From assembly GCA_038845265.1 (NCBI GenBank), contig JAWBQR010000001.1, forward strand, positions 38,055-102,054: 64,000 bases of DNA, read 5' to 3'. Source of the stretch: Nitrososphaerota archaeon. Its GTDB lineage: Archaea > Thermoproteota > Nitrososphaeria_A > Caldarchaeales > Calditenuaceae. Made by a program: the position numbers and the translations under genes. Positions 52,589-61,531 of the stretch are shown here, in pieces; the first letter of the stretch is position 1; every line of letters starts with the position of its first letter. The notes under the pieces are model-generated. The model was not told where the DNA came from. It saw only the letters and a program-made list of their open reading frames with translations, and searched no databases.

Positions 52589-54217
52589 ATGGCGTTAGCT
52601 GGTCAGCCAGTGATAATACTCAAGGAGGGAACAAGCAGGAGCAGAGGAAGAACTGCACAGCGAAATAATATCGCTGCTGCAAAGATAATCGCCGATATGG
52701 TCAAGACCACCTTGGGACCAAAGGGGATGGATAAGCTTCTCGTGGATTCTATCGGAGACGTAATAGTGACAAATGACGGCGCAACAATACTTGAGAAGAT
52801 GGATGTCGAACACCCAGCGGCTAAAATGATAATAGAGGTAGCTAAGACGCAGGATAAGACTGTGGGCGATGGGACGACTACTGCAGTAATTATTGCAGGT
52901 GAACTATTAAGACGTGCAGAAGAACTAGTAGAGCAGAAGATACATCCAAGTACAATAATCTCAGGATACAAAAAAGCAATGGAGTTGGCAGTGAATAAGT
53001 TAAACAGTCTCGCCAAGAACGTCAGCCTTAACGATGTTGAGACTCTTAAGAAGATGGTTAGGACATGCCTTGGAAGCAAATCACTAGGGTTTGCGACTGA
53101 TTATCTAGCACAGCTTGCGATAGATGCTGTCAGCGCGGTTGTAAGGGAGGTCAATGGTAAAAAGAAAGCAGATAAAGACGATATCCAGATTGTTAAGAAG
53201 ATAGGTAAAAGCCTTCTCGAATCACAGCTCGTCAAAGGAGTGATTGTTGATAAAGAAGTTGTGCATGCGGCGATGCCTAAGAGGGTCGTCAACGCGAAAA
53301 TAGCACTTCTTGATGCACCCTTTGAAATCGAGAAGACAGAATTCTCTGCAGAGATTAGGATCCGGGACCCGCTAAAGATTAAGGAGTTCCTTGATGAGGA
53401 GACGAGGATTCTTAAAGAAATGGTCGACAAAGTTGTGAAGGTGGGCGCTAATGTAGTGTTCTGCCAAAAGGGCATAGATGATGCCGCGCAGTTCTTCTTA
53501 GCGAAGGCCGGAATATTAGCCGTGAGGAGAGTAAAGAGAAGCGATATGGAGAAACTTGAGAAGGCTACGGGTGGCAGAATAGTTACTAATTTCGAGGATC
53601 TAAGCGAAAAAGATTTAGGGCAAGCCGGTCTGGTCGAGGAAAGAAAGATAGGAGAGGACAGGATGGTGTTTGTTGAGGATTGCAAGAATCCGAAGGCAGT
53701 GGCCATACTCATTAGAGCAGGGCTTGAGAGACAACTCGACGAGGCCGAGAGAGCCCTTAACGACGCCATAATGAACATGATAAACATCGTCGAGGAGAGC
53801 AAAGTTGTACCGGGCGGTGGAGCAATAGAGGCCGAGCTTGCCAAAATAATTAGGGCTGAGGCCTCCAAGTATCCAGGAAAGGAGCAGCTAGCAATGCTTG
53901 CTTATGCCGAAGCTTTGGAGATTGTTCCTAAGACTCTAGCCGAAAATTCGGGCCTAGACCCAGTTGACATCATGTCGTCGCTAAGAAATAAGCATGCCGA
54001 AGATGGTATGACATTTGGAATAAACATATTCACCGGCAAGGTCGAAGACATGTACTCGCTTGGAGTAATTGAGCCCATCAGAGTCAAGGCCCAGGCATTA
54101 AAATCAAGCTTCGAAGCGACAGCCATGATACTTAGAATTGACGATGTCATAGCAGCATCAAAGAAGAAAGAAGAAAAGAAGCCTAGTCCAGGAGGAGAAA
54201 CTCCTGAACTAGACTAG
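52589..54217 (+). CDS. ths: Thermosome subunit (group II chaperonin)
   Basis: GPKGMDKLL and GDGTTT motifs. It is 542 aa and has the helical protrusion region. Confidence 0.9.
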   Translation: MALAGQPVIILKEGTSRSRGRTAQRNNIAAAKIIADMVKTTLGPKGMDKLLVDSIGDVIVTNDGATILEKMDVEHPAAKMIIEVAKTQDKTVGDGTTTAVIIAGELLRRAEELVEQKIHPSTIISGYKKAMELAVNKLNSLAKNVSLNDVETLKKMVRTCLGSKSLGFATDYLAQLAIDAVSAVVREVNGKKKADKDDIQIVKKIGKSLLESQLVKGVIVDKEVVHAAMPKRVVNAKIALLDAPFEIEKTEFSAEIRIRDPLKIKEFLDEETRILKEMVDKVVKVGANVVFCQKGIDDAAQFFLAKAGILAVRRVKRSDMEKLEKATGGRIVTNFEDLSEKDLGQAGLVEERKIGEDRMVFVEDCKNPKAVAILIRAGLERQLDEAERALNDAIMNMINIVEESKVVPGGGAIEAELAKIIRAEASKYPGKEQLAMLAYAEALEIVPKTLAENSGLDPVDIMSSLRNKHAEDGMTFGINIFTGKVEDMYSLGVIEPIRVKAQALKSSFEATAMILRIDDVIAASKKKEEKKPSPGGETPELD

Positions 54218-54247
54218 AGCATTTTTAAAATATTCCATTTTTTTACA

Positions 54248-54257
54248 TCTATAAAAA
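54248..54257 (+). promoter_or_regulatory. TATA-like box (tctataaaaa) about 35-40 bp upstream of tRNA-Glu
   Basis: An A/T-rich box at plausible archaeal promoter distance from the tRNA 5' end. Confidence 0.3.
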
Positions 54258-54291
54258 CATTCATATTTTGATGAGTGATGGTTATTTAGTA

Positions 54292-54366
54292 GCTCCGGTA
54301 GTATAGCCCGGACAAGTATACTGGCCTTTCGAGCCAGTGACCCGGGTTCAAATCCCGGCCGGAGCA
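54292..54366 (+). tRNA. tRNA-Glu (anticodon UUC)
   Basis: 7-bp acceptor stem GCTCCGG/CCGGAGC and an anticodon arm CTGGC-CTTTCGA-GCCAG (anticodon TTC at 34-36). The T-arm reads CCGGGTTCAAATCCCGG, followed by a discriminator A. Confidence 0.8.
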
Positions 54367-54390
54367 TTACATTACCTATTGGGTTAATAG

Positions 54391-55269
54391 TTAGAAGGTT
54401 AGTTCTAACTGTCTTTCCAGTCTTTGTTTCTGGGCTAAATATTCGTCTTGCTTTAACTCCCCAATTTTATATCTTATCTCTATCTTTTGGATTTCGTGTT
54501 TTATTTTGTTATGTTGCTCTATTAGAGTCCGACTCGCATCGAGGAGTGACTGTAGGTCTGAAGTTATCTTAGAAACTTGTTGACTAGATAATCCTAGTTG
54601 TGCGCCTTTCTCATTTATGTCCTTAATCTTTTTCTCGACACTCTGCGTAAAGGACGGTATGTCGGCTAGTCTTATCTCGATTGGATTCTGTAGAATCGCT
54701 AGTTTGGGTCTTATTTTTGAGATCTCTTTATCGATTTCTATCTTCTGCCTTATATAGTCTCTATCACCTATTTCTCCTATTTCATGCCTAATCTTGAGAT
54801 TCTCGGAGCGTTCATTTAGTTCCTTTAACCGGTCTTCATATCTTGCTATCATTTCGCGTCTCTTATCATCCAGAGTGGCAATCCTAGAGCTATACTCGTC
54901 ATAGATCTCAGTAAAGACATCGACCGTAGCCTCACCATCGAGTAAAAGATCTATGAGTCTCAAGGACCAAGAGTGGAGCTTGGATAACTGTTCAATTAAC
55001 TTTCGCTCCTCAGCCACCTCTTCAGGTACCATTCCCTCCACAGTTGTTGGAGCGGGTGGAGGCTGAGCAGGCTGGACGGCAGCCTCAACTGATGGCTGTG
55101 TTGGGGGTTGAGGCCTAGCCTCTGCCGCTCGCGGTGCCTGTGCAGGAGCTGCGGCCGGTGTAATCTCCTGAAGCTCTGGCGGAAGTTCCTTCCCACAATT
55201 CATGCAATATTTCCCTTTTAGGGTCAGCCTTTTGCAGTATGGACAGACTACCCTACCCAGGAGCGCCAA
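54391..55269 (-). CDS. Zinc-ribbon protein with a Pro/Ala/Gln-rich linker and a long C-terminal coiled coil
   Basis: N-terminal CPYCKRLTLKGKYCMNCG is followed by PAAAPAQAPRAAEARPQPPTQP...QPAQPPPAP (encoded by a GC-rich stretch at about 55040-55180) and then heptad-like repeats. Confidence 0.4.
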   Translation of the reverse strand: MALLGRVVCPYCKRLTLKGKYCMNCGKELPPELQEITPAAAPAQAPRAAEARPQPPTQPSVEAAVQPAQPPPAPTTVEGMVPEEVAEERKLIEQLSKLHSWSLRLIDLLLDGEATVDVFTEIYDEYSSRIATLDDKRREMIARYEDRLKELNERSENLKIRHEIGEIGDRDYIRQKIEIDKEISKIRPKLAILQNPIEIRLADIPSFTQSVEKKIKDINEKGAQLGLSSQQVSKITSDLQSLLDASRTLIEQHNKIKHEIQKIEIRYKIGELKQDEYLAQKQRLERQLELTF

Positions 55270-55398
55270 TTATTCTCACTTTCAGTATTTATGTAAATTT
55301 AATTCCCTATAAACCTTTAAGGCGTGGTCTCAAAACCTGTATCAAGGTAATTCTTAGACGCTATTCAAGAGAATATCCAAGTCAATGCATTAGATTGG

Positions 55399-55408
55399 TT
55401 TTTAATGA
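55399..55408 (+). promoter_or_regulatory. TATA box (tttttaatga) centred about 28 bp upstream of the histone ATG, consistent with a leaderless transcript
   Basis: Position and composition are typical of archaeal BRE/TATA elements. Confidence 0.35.
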
Positions 55409-55430
55409 CCTTTGAGGTATAATTCGCTGT

Positions 55431-55652
55431 ATGAGCGAGCTGTCTACTGCTCCAATGCATAGGCTTTTAAAAAAGGCTGGCGCAGCAAGAGTCAGCGAAG
55501 ACGCGGCAGAGGAACTCAGGATCGTTCTTGAGGAAATAGGCCTAAAAATATCGGAGCAGGCAGTTATACTTGCACAACATGCCGGCCGTCGGACTGTGAA
55601 AAGAGAGGATGTCCAGCGGGCCTATAAAATAATTATCAAGTCCAGCTTATGA
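55431..55652 (+). CDS. Archaeal histone (HMfA/B family)
   Basis: Histone fold: PMHRLLKKAGAARVSEDAAEEL...AQHAGRRTVKREDVQRA. It is 73 aa. Confidence 0.8.
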   Translation: MSELSTAPMHRLLKKAGAARVSEDAAEELRIVLEEIGLKISEQAVILAQHAGRRTVKREDVQRAYKIIIKSSL

Positions 55653-55703
55653 AGACTCAAGATAGATTTTTGACATACCTTTGATAAGCATATCCGAGAA
55701 AAA

Positions 55704-56312
55704 ATGGTCAGGGTGATTGTACTCGCGGTCCCAGGAGCAGGAAAGACGACTATATTCAAGAAATTATCAGAGCTTAAGCCCAATGTTAAGATACTTAATT
55801 TTGGAGACTTAATGTTTAAGGAGGCTTCAAGCCGGTTTGGAATAAAGTCTAGAGACGAGATGAGGAGCAAGATTCCATTTGATTCCTATCGAGAACTGCA
55901 GGATTTAGCAGCAGAGAGCATATCTAGAGAGGAAGGTACACTTATCGTTGACACGCATGCTGCGATCAAAACACCTTATGGATACTATCCGGGATTACCT
56001 TTTTCAGTCGTAACGAAGATGAAGCCTCAGAGTATAATCTTTCTAGAATATAGGCCTGAAGACATTGCTGCCAGACGGGCTAAGGACGAAGCAGCCGGTG
56101 TGAGGACAAGAGGGACAGAAAGCTATGAAGAAATAGAGGAGCATCAAATGATAGCGCTTAACTATGCGGTAGCGGCCTCGAATGCTGCTTCATGTTATTT
56201 CTGCAGGTTTTCGTTTAGGTACCCAGAAGCATATCCATACCAACATGTCCATGACGCTGCTGAGATGATAAAGAAGCATATCGAGCTTTTAGAAACAATG
56301 TATAACCGATAA
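55704..56312 (+). CDS. adkA: Adenylate kinase, archaeal type (AdkA)
   Basis: Walker A VPGAGKTT. The ~200-aa length and pattern match archaeal AK. Confidence 0.75.
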   Translation: MVRVIVLAVPGAGKTTIFKKLSELKPNVKILNFGDLMFKEASSRFGIKSRDEMRSKIPFDSYRELQDLAAESISREEGTLIVDTHAAIKTPYGYYPGLPFSVVTKMKPQSIIFLEYRPEDIAARRAKDEAAGVRTRGTESYEEIEEHQMIALNYAVAASNAASCYFCRFSFRYPEAYPYQHVHDAAEMIKKHIELLETMYNR

Positions 56313-56314
56313 GA

Positions 56315-57344
56315 TCACTTATAACCATCAGGCAGCTTAAATGCCCATGACGAAGTATCTATAATGCTTGTTTTTCTTGCAATAATTATGAAAACTGTAT
56401 GGGCACGCATCGTGTGTTGAGGCCGCGTCATCCCCTCCTTAACCCTCCACGGCCTAAAGAAAACTTCTCCTGAAAAATACTCAAAAAAGCCTTTTAGTTT
56501 AAGAGCTGTAGAAGTTTTAATTAGTTGCTCAACTGTAGGCACTATGGCTGCATAAATGCCTCCAGTCTTAAGTGATTTGTAGGCGGATTCAACTGATCTC
56601 CACGGCTCTGGCACATCAGCTATAAAGACATCGACATCCTTCTCCTCAACGTTAAGCGACAAATCACCCTTCTTTAACTCTATGACGTTTGAGAGCCCTA
56701 AAGCATCGGCATGTCTTCTGATTGCTGGGAAATATTCATCATCAAGGTCATAGCTATATACTTTTCCATTTGGCTTTACGTGCCAAGCTAAAAACAGAGC
56801 TAGGACTCCACTTCCTGTTCCTCCTTCAACTACTTTTGAACCCGGACCCAAGCCGGTAGTTGCCACTAAGAATCCTATGTCCTTTGGATAGGTAATCTGG
56901 GTCCTCCTGGGCAATGATAGCATTTGGCTTTACGTGCCAAGCTAAAAACAGAGCTAGGACTCCACTCCCTGTTCCTCCTTCAACTACTTTTGAACCCGGA
57001 CCCAAGCCGGTAGTTGCCACTAAGAATCCTATGTCCTTTGGATAGGTAATCTGGGTCCTCCTGGGCAATGATAGAAGATATTCTATTATTGTTGGTCTAA
57101 AAACCACTGCCCTCTGCCCAATATTACTAGTGAGCTCAACTCCCTCCTCCTTCCCTATAATGTCATCAGCACTAAAGCTACCCTCATTAGTGTGGTACCT
57201 ACGTTTATTTCTAAGTGTTAAGAAGTATCTATTTCCTTTTTCAGTAATCAATACCACATACTCATTTTCATGAAACACCGTCAACAGCTTATCATTGTTA
57301 TGTACTTTATATCTATCAATAAATTTTTTCGTAGTAGATAACAA
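56315..57344 (-). pseudogene. tRNA (adenine-N1)-methyltransferase TrmI/Gcd14-like gene interrupted by a frameshifting 154-bp tandem duplication. It reads as two overlapping ORFs, 56826-57344 and 56315-56923.
   Basis: Both ORFs contain LSLPRRTQITYPKDIGFLVATTGLGPGSKVVEGGTGSGVLALFLAWHVKPN (SAM-binding motif I). Removing one 154-nt copy restores a single frame of about 290 aa. Confidence 0.6.
56767..57074. repeat. Tandem duplication of 2 x 154 bp (56767-56920 and 56921-57074) with one synonymous mismatch
   Basis: The two adjacent units are identical except ccacttcctg versus ccactccctg (GGA versus GGG Gly codon on the coding strand). Confidence 0.85.
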
Positions 57345-57519
57345 CTCAACCGATCAAAACCTATATTTATCCACAAATACCTAGTAAATGGCTATGATGT
57401 CTCAGAGTTATTCTGAAAATAATGAATGAAAAGGCATTTGACTGAGCCACTCATGATGATATGTTAAGTTTAAATCGGCGTAATCATAGTGTTGATTAAA
57501 GATAAACTGGTAGCCCGAC

Positions 57520-58443
57520 ATGTCTGAAGATAAGGAAATGGAGGAGGCAATATGGCTTCTCCGACATCGCGTTAGAAGAAGAATCATAATGACGATAGGA
57601 GATGAGGGTAGGATAAGTGCTACAACGCTTAGAGACAAACTAGGAATAAGCACTGGCAGTCTCTATTATAATCTAAAGCAGCTTGAGAAACTGGTGACGC
57701 AGGACAGTAAAAGGAACTATGTGCTTACTGAGGAGGGGGTCGCAATTTATCGCCTACTAAAGGAACAGGGAGATATCAATTTAGAGTCGATAAAAGCGCC
57801 TCAAAGCAAATTTGAGGTAATACTCTCAAATATCTTCTTTCCCGTATGGATGGTCGCACCGCTATTAGAAAAGGCGAGACTCTCTGTTTTAATAGGACTA
57901 TTATCATTAACTTTTCTCTCTGCATTACTCCTAAATTCTAAAGCAGAACTAATTATCCTTCATATTTACCACTTTCCAAACTTCTCCATCAATAACTATA
58001 TTTTGTATCTCTCGATCTCCATAGTGACGATATACCTGTATGTCTCTGCAACATCATTTATTCATGACGTACTGACGCATCGAGGAGTCGAGGAGGAAAA
58101 ACAAACATTTCGAAGGATCATCTCGCTATTTTTTGGAGGAAATTTACAATGGGTAAAAATACTGTCATCAATAATGTTCAGCATGCTTCCACTCTCGATT
58201 TACCCAGCGATTGCATTTATAGATAAAATCATGGGTTGGGGCCAATTTACGAGCAGAGGCATCGTGCCATCAACATTAGCTGCTAATGTCACGTTAGTCA
58301 TTGCACAGTTAGGAGCCTTTATCCTCTTAACTACATCATTGGCATACATACGAAGGCTTAGATGGCATGTCGCTGCGCTTATCTCCTTCTCAGTGATTTA
58401 TCTATCAATTATTATTCAGTATATAGTTGTAATGGGGCTCTGA
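57520..58443 (+). CDS. Winged-helix (ArsR/MarR-like) DNA-binding domain fused to a polytopic membrane domain
   Basis: N-terminal ISATTLRDKLGISTGSLYYNLKQLE... is a helix-turn-helix plus wing. It is followed by about 6 predicted TM helices. Confidence 0.45.
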   Translation: MSEDKEMEEAIWLLRHRVRRRIIMTIGDEGRISATTLRDKLGISTGSLYYNLKQLEKLVTQDSKRNYVLTEEGVAIYRLLKEQGDINLESIKAPQSKFEVILSNIFFPVWMVAPLLEKARLSVLIGLLSLTFLSALLLNSKAELIILHIYHFPNFSINNYILYLSISIVTIYLYVSATSFIHDVLTHRGVEEEKQTFRRIISLFFGGNLQWVKILSSIMFSMLPLSIYPAIAFIDKIMGWGQFTSRGIVPSTLAANVTLVIAQLGAFILLTTSLAYIRRLRWHVAALISFSVIYLSIIIQYIVVMGL

Positions 58444-58501
58444 ATGGAATAATTAATATAATGGTTCTTCCCATACGATTTTTAGTCAAGGGGTAGGAGT
58501 C

Positions 58502-58816
58502 TTGCCACAAGTCGTAAGGATAAAGCTGACGTCTACTGATCTCGAAAAGTTAGAGAATACTTGTAACGAGATAAAATCGATAGCGCAGAGGACGGGTGTT
58601 AAAATCTCTGGCCCAGTTCCACTTCCATTAAGAAGGTTAGTACTGCCTGTCAGAAAAAGCCCATGCGGCGAAGGAACGAAGACGTGGAGAAAGTGGGAGC
58701 TAAGAATTCACCGTCGCATCATTGATTTAACAATAAATGATCCTAGAGTGATGAGGGAAATTATGAGGATACAAATTCCAGAGGAAGTATCTGTAGAGAT
58801 GCGTGTAAGCAGCTAA
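58502..58816 (+). CDS. rps10: 30S ribosomal protein S10 (uS10)
   Basis: RIKLTSTDLEKLENTCNEI...GPVPLP...RLIDL is the S10 signature. Confidence 0.85.
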   Translation: MPQVVRIKLTSTDLEKLENTCNEIKSIAQRTGVKISGPVPLPLRRLVLPVRKSPCGEGTKTWRKWELRIHRRIIDLTINDPRVMREIMRIQIPEEVSVEMRVSS

Positions 58817-58817
58817 A

Positions 58818-60116
58818 CTACTTAGCTATTTTAGTTATCTCTTTTACAACACCGGCTGCTACAGTCATTCCCATATCTCTTATCGCGAATCGTCCTAGCT
58901 GTGGAAAGTCGCTGTAGGCCTCTAAGGCAACAGGCCTTAATGGTTGAAGCCTGACTATTGCAGCATCTCCCGTCTTGAGGAACTGTGGATTTTTCTCTAC
59001 TGGCTGTCCAGTCCTAGGATCGAGCTTAGCCTCAAGCTCGACAAACTTAACTGCTGTTTGTGCCGTGTGGATATGCATTACAGGTGTATATCCGACCGCT
59101 ATCGCAGTTGGATGATTTATGACGATGATCTGTGCCCTGAACTCTTCAGCTACCTTGCAGGGACTATCGGGATGCGAGACAACCATTCCTCTTTGAAGTG
59201 CCGTTTTCTCTATGCCTTTCAAGTTAAATCCTATGTTGTCCCCTGGAACAGCCTGAGGCAGCGGAGCGTGATGCATCTCTATACTCTTAACTTCAGCCCT
59301 AATGTTTCCTGGCATTATTACTACCTGATCTCCAGGCTTAAGCACTCCTGTCTCGACACGTCCAACAGGAACAGTACCTACACCCTTAATGCTGTAGACA
59401 GCTTGGATAGGTATACGGAGCGGTTTGTCGATTGGTTTGGGAGGTTCTTGGAACGTGTCAAGAGCCTCTAACAATGTCGGACCTGTGTACCAGGGCATTT
59501 TTTCGCTTCTACTCACCAAGTTGTCGCCTGTCCAGCCAGATATGGGGATGAATGGAATCTTTGAGACGTCGATGCCTATTTGTTTCATAAGTGCTGAAAC
59601 TCCTTGCTTGACCTCTTCAAACCTCTCTTTAGACCAATTGACCGTTGGGTCGTCCATCTTATTGATAAGTACAATTATTTGTCTTATACCGAGCATAAAT
59701 GCCAGGAATAAGTGTTCCCTTGTCTGACCACCTGCAGATATTCCTACCTCATACTCACCCTTCTTTGCAGATACGACAAGTATAGCGGCATCAGCCTGCG
59801 ATGCCCCAGTAATCATGTTCTTGACGAAGTCTCTATGTCCCGGCGCGTCAATAATAGTGAAATAGTATTTCTTGGTCTCGAATTTCTGGAAGCTGAGCTG
59901 AATGGTTAATCCTCTTTCTCTCTCCTCCTTAATCGAGTCCATTATGAAGGCATAGATAAATGTATCTTTACCTAGCCTCTTTGCCTCAGCTTCGAGCTCC
60001 TTCAGCTGACGCTCATCGACCGAGCCATTTAGGACTAAGAAGTGTCCCATAGTAGTTGACTTGCCATGATCGACGTGTCCTATTACGACGAGGTTTAGAT
60101 GCGGCTTCTGAGACAT
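58818..60116 (-). CDS. tuf: Translation elongation factor 1-alpha
   Basis: G1 GHVDHGKST, G3 DAPGH, G4 NKMD. It is 432 aa. Confidence 0.95.
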   Translation of the reverse strand: MSQKPHLNLVVIGHVDHGKSTTMGHFLVLNGSVDERQLKELEAEAKRLGKDTFIYAFIMDSIKEERERGLTIQLSFQKFETKKYYFTIIDAPGHRDFVKNMITGASQADAAILVVSAKKGEYEVGISAGGQTREHLFLAFMLGIRQIIVLINKMDDPTVNWSKERFEEVKQGVSALMKQIGIDVSKIPFIPISGWTGDNLVSRSEKMPWYTGPTLLEALDTFQEPPKPIDKPLRIPIQAVYSIKGVGTVPVGRVETGVLKPGDQVVIMPGNIRAEVKSIEMHHAPLPQAVPGDNIGFNLKGIEKTALQRGMVVSHPDSPCKVAEEFRAQIIVINHPTAIAVGYTPVMHIHTAQTAVKFVELEAKLDPRTGQPVEKNPQFLKTGDAAIVRLQPLRPVALEAYSDFPQLGRFAIRDMGMTVAAGVVKEITKIAK

Positions 60117-60188
60117 TTCAAACTCAATTTTAAAATCGCCTGGTCCTATATAAATATATTAATCCATAGAGAAAGAGTGCCCAAAAAA

Positions 60189-60746
60189 CTACCGAGAGGC
60201 TAGCGCTATGCGCTCCTGCTCTATCTTCTTTTTCAATGCGTAGCTTCTCACGTCACCTGAAGCCGCCAAAATTATTTCGTTTGCCAATGCCTCGTCAACC
60301 GTGATTGGTGCTCTGAAAGAATTTTCACGAGCTGCCTCGCTGAGCCATCTAAGGGCAAGATCAAGCCTCCTCTGTGGAGATATGTCTACTGCCTTGAAGT
60401 AGGTGATACCGCCATAAGTTACTCTCGTTACATCCTCCCTAGGTGCACAGTTCTCAATGGCCCTAATGAGAACCTGTATAGGATTTTCACCAGTCCTCAA
60501 ATGAATAATTTGTAATGCGTTCCTTACTATCTGTAGGGCCTTTGTCTTCTTCCCCCCGTTCTTTCCAGGACGCATAAACATATTAGCCAATCGTTCAACT
60601 ATGTTTACCTGAGATTTGCCGAAACGTCTATGCTCATGTCTACCGCCGGAGTGTGGCATAACTACTGGTTTGAGATTTATGTATGATCGTAGCCCCACAT
60701 CATTGATTACTATGCCTTCAGTATCCCAAGCATTGAAGATTTTCAT
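60189..60746 (-). CDS. rps7: 30S ribosomal protein S7 (uS7)
   Basis: An S7 fold signature. It lies directly upstream of tuf. Confidence 0.85.
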   Translation of the reverse strand: MKIFNAWDTEGIVINDVGLRSYINLKPVVMPHSGGRHEHRRFGKSQVNIVERLANMFMRPGKNGGKKTKALQIVRNALQIIHLRTGENPIQVLIRAIENCAPREDVTRVTYGGITYFKAVDISPQRRLDLALRWLSEAARENSFRAPITVDEALANEIILAASGDVRSYALKKKIEQERIALASR

Positions 60747-60811
60747 TTAAAAACATCAATATACTGGAATAATATAAATCTAAGTCCGAACACTGTCTTC
60801 GCACACCTATC

Positions 60812-61411
60812 TCATTTCAATCTATTATAGACATAGACTATTCTCTGGCCAATAGTAATTATGGAGAGAAACGTAGTAAGTAATAATCCGTACTGGAGTG
60901 ATTGGCTAAAAAAGGGATAGAGTAGCGAGGCAAGCGCAATTATGATAATTCTCTCTGCCCTTTCTGCAATCCCTGCTCCAGCAATGTTTATGTTATGTTG
61001 GTCTGCTTTGGCTCTAATATAGCTCACGAGGAGCGAACAAGAAATGAAGAGAGTCACTATGATTGATGAGACCCTACCGGAGATGGCTATTCCGAGTGAG
61101 ACCGATACCTCTCCCAGCTTATCAAACACAGAGTCTAAGAAAGATCCTTTCTGAGTAGTCCTGTTAGTCGCTCTTGCTAATTCCCCGTCCAAGGCATCTA
61201 AAAAGCCAGACAGGAGTAGAACAACCCCGCCTATTGCTACGAACGTCTCTGATAAGTTTGCTAATGAGTAGAGACAGCCAGAAAGGATAGAAAAAACCAA
61301 TGCCATATATGTAAGCGTAAATGGATTCACGTTACGTTCAACTAGAAGTTTAATAATATTGGTGCTAATTTTCTTCAAGAGATTTTTTTCGATGGTTCTC
61401 TTGTAGTTCAT
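60812..61411 (-). CDS. CDP-alcohol phosphatidyltransferase family protein (archaeal lipid head-group synthase)
   Basis: A D-G-x2-A-R...G-x3-D-x3-D motif (DALDGELARATNRTT...DSVFDKLGE) in a multi-TM protein. Confidence 0.7.
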   Translation of the reverse strand: MNYKRTIEKNLLKKISTNIIKLLVERNVNPFTLTYMALVFSILSGCLYSLANLSETFVAIGGVVLLLSGFLDALDGELARATNRTTQKGSFLDSVFDKLGEVSVSLGIAISGRVSSIIVTLFISCSLLVSYIRAKADQHNINIAGAGIAERAERIIIIALASLLYPFFSQSLQYGLLLTTFLSIITIGQRIVYVYNRLK

Positions 61412-61531
61412 TTTTATTCCTTATAATTCTTTATGCATTTTGTATAAAACCTTGCTTTGATGCACTTCCTTCTGTATATTTAGTCAAAATTTAGTAAGAC
61501 TAATATCTTGCTTTTAAGAAGGGAGTTACGC

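Noticed and set aside
53101-53868. Long antisense ORFs inside the thermosome gene (and similar ones inside CDC48 at 18339-18902, gcvPA at 36999-37481, and the zinc-ribbon gene at 54996-55196)
   Set aside because: They lie opposite well-supported genes, have low-complexity S/A/L-rich translations and have no start context. They are typical shadow ORFs.
55040-55180. GC-rich island as horizontally acquired DNA
   Set aside because: The GC excess is confined to the codons of a Pro/Ala/Gln low-complexity linker within one ORF. It is compositional, not an island.
54391-55269. CdvA identity for the coiled-coil protein
   Set aside because: It lacks the N-terminal PRC-barrel of CdvA and has a zinc ribbon instead. 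It is not adjacent to the ESCRT-III-like gene.
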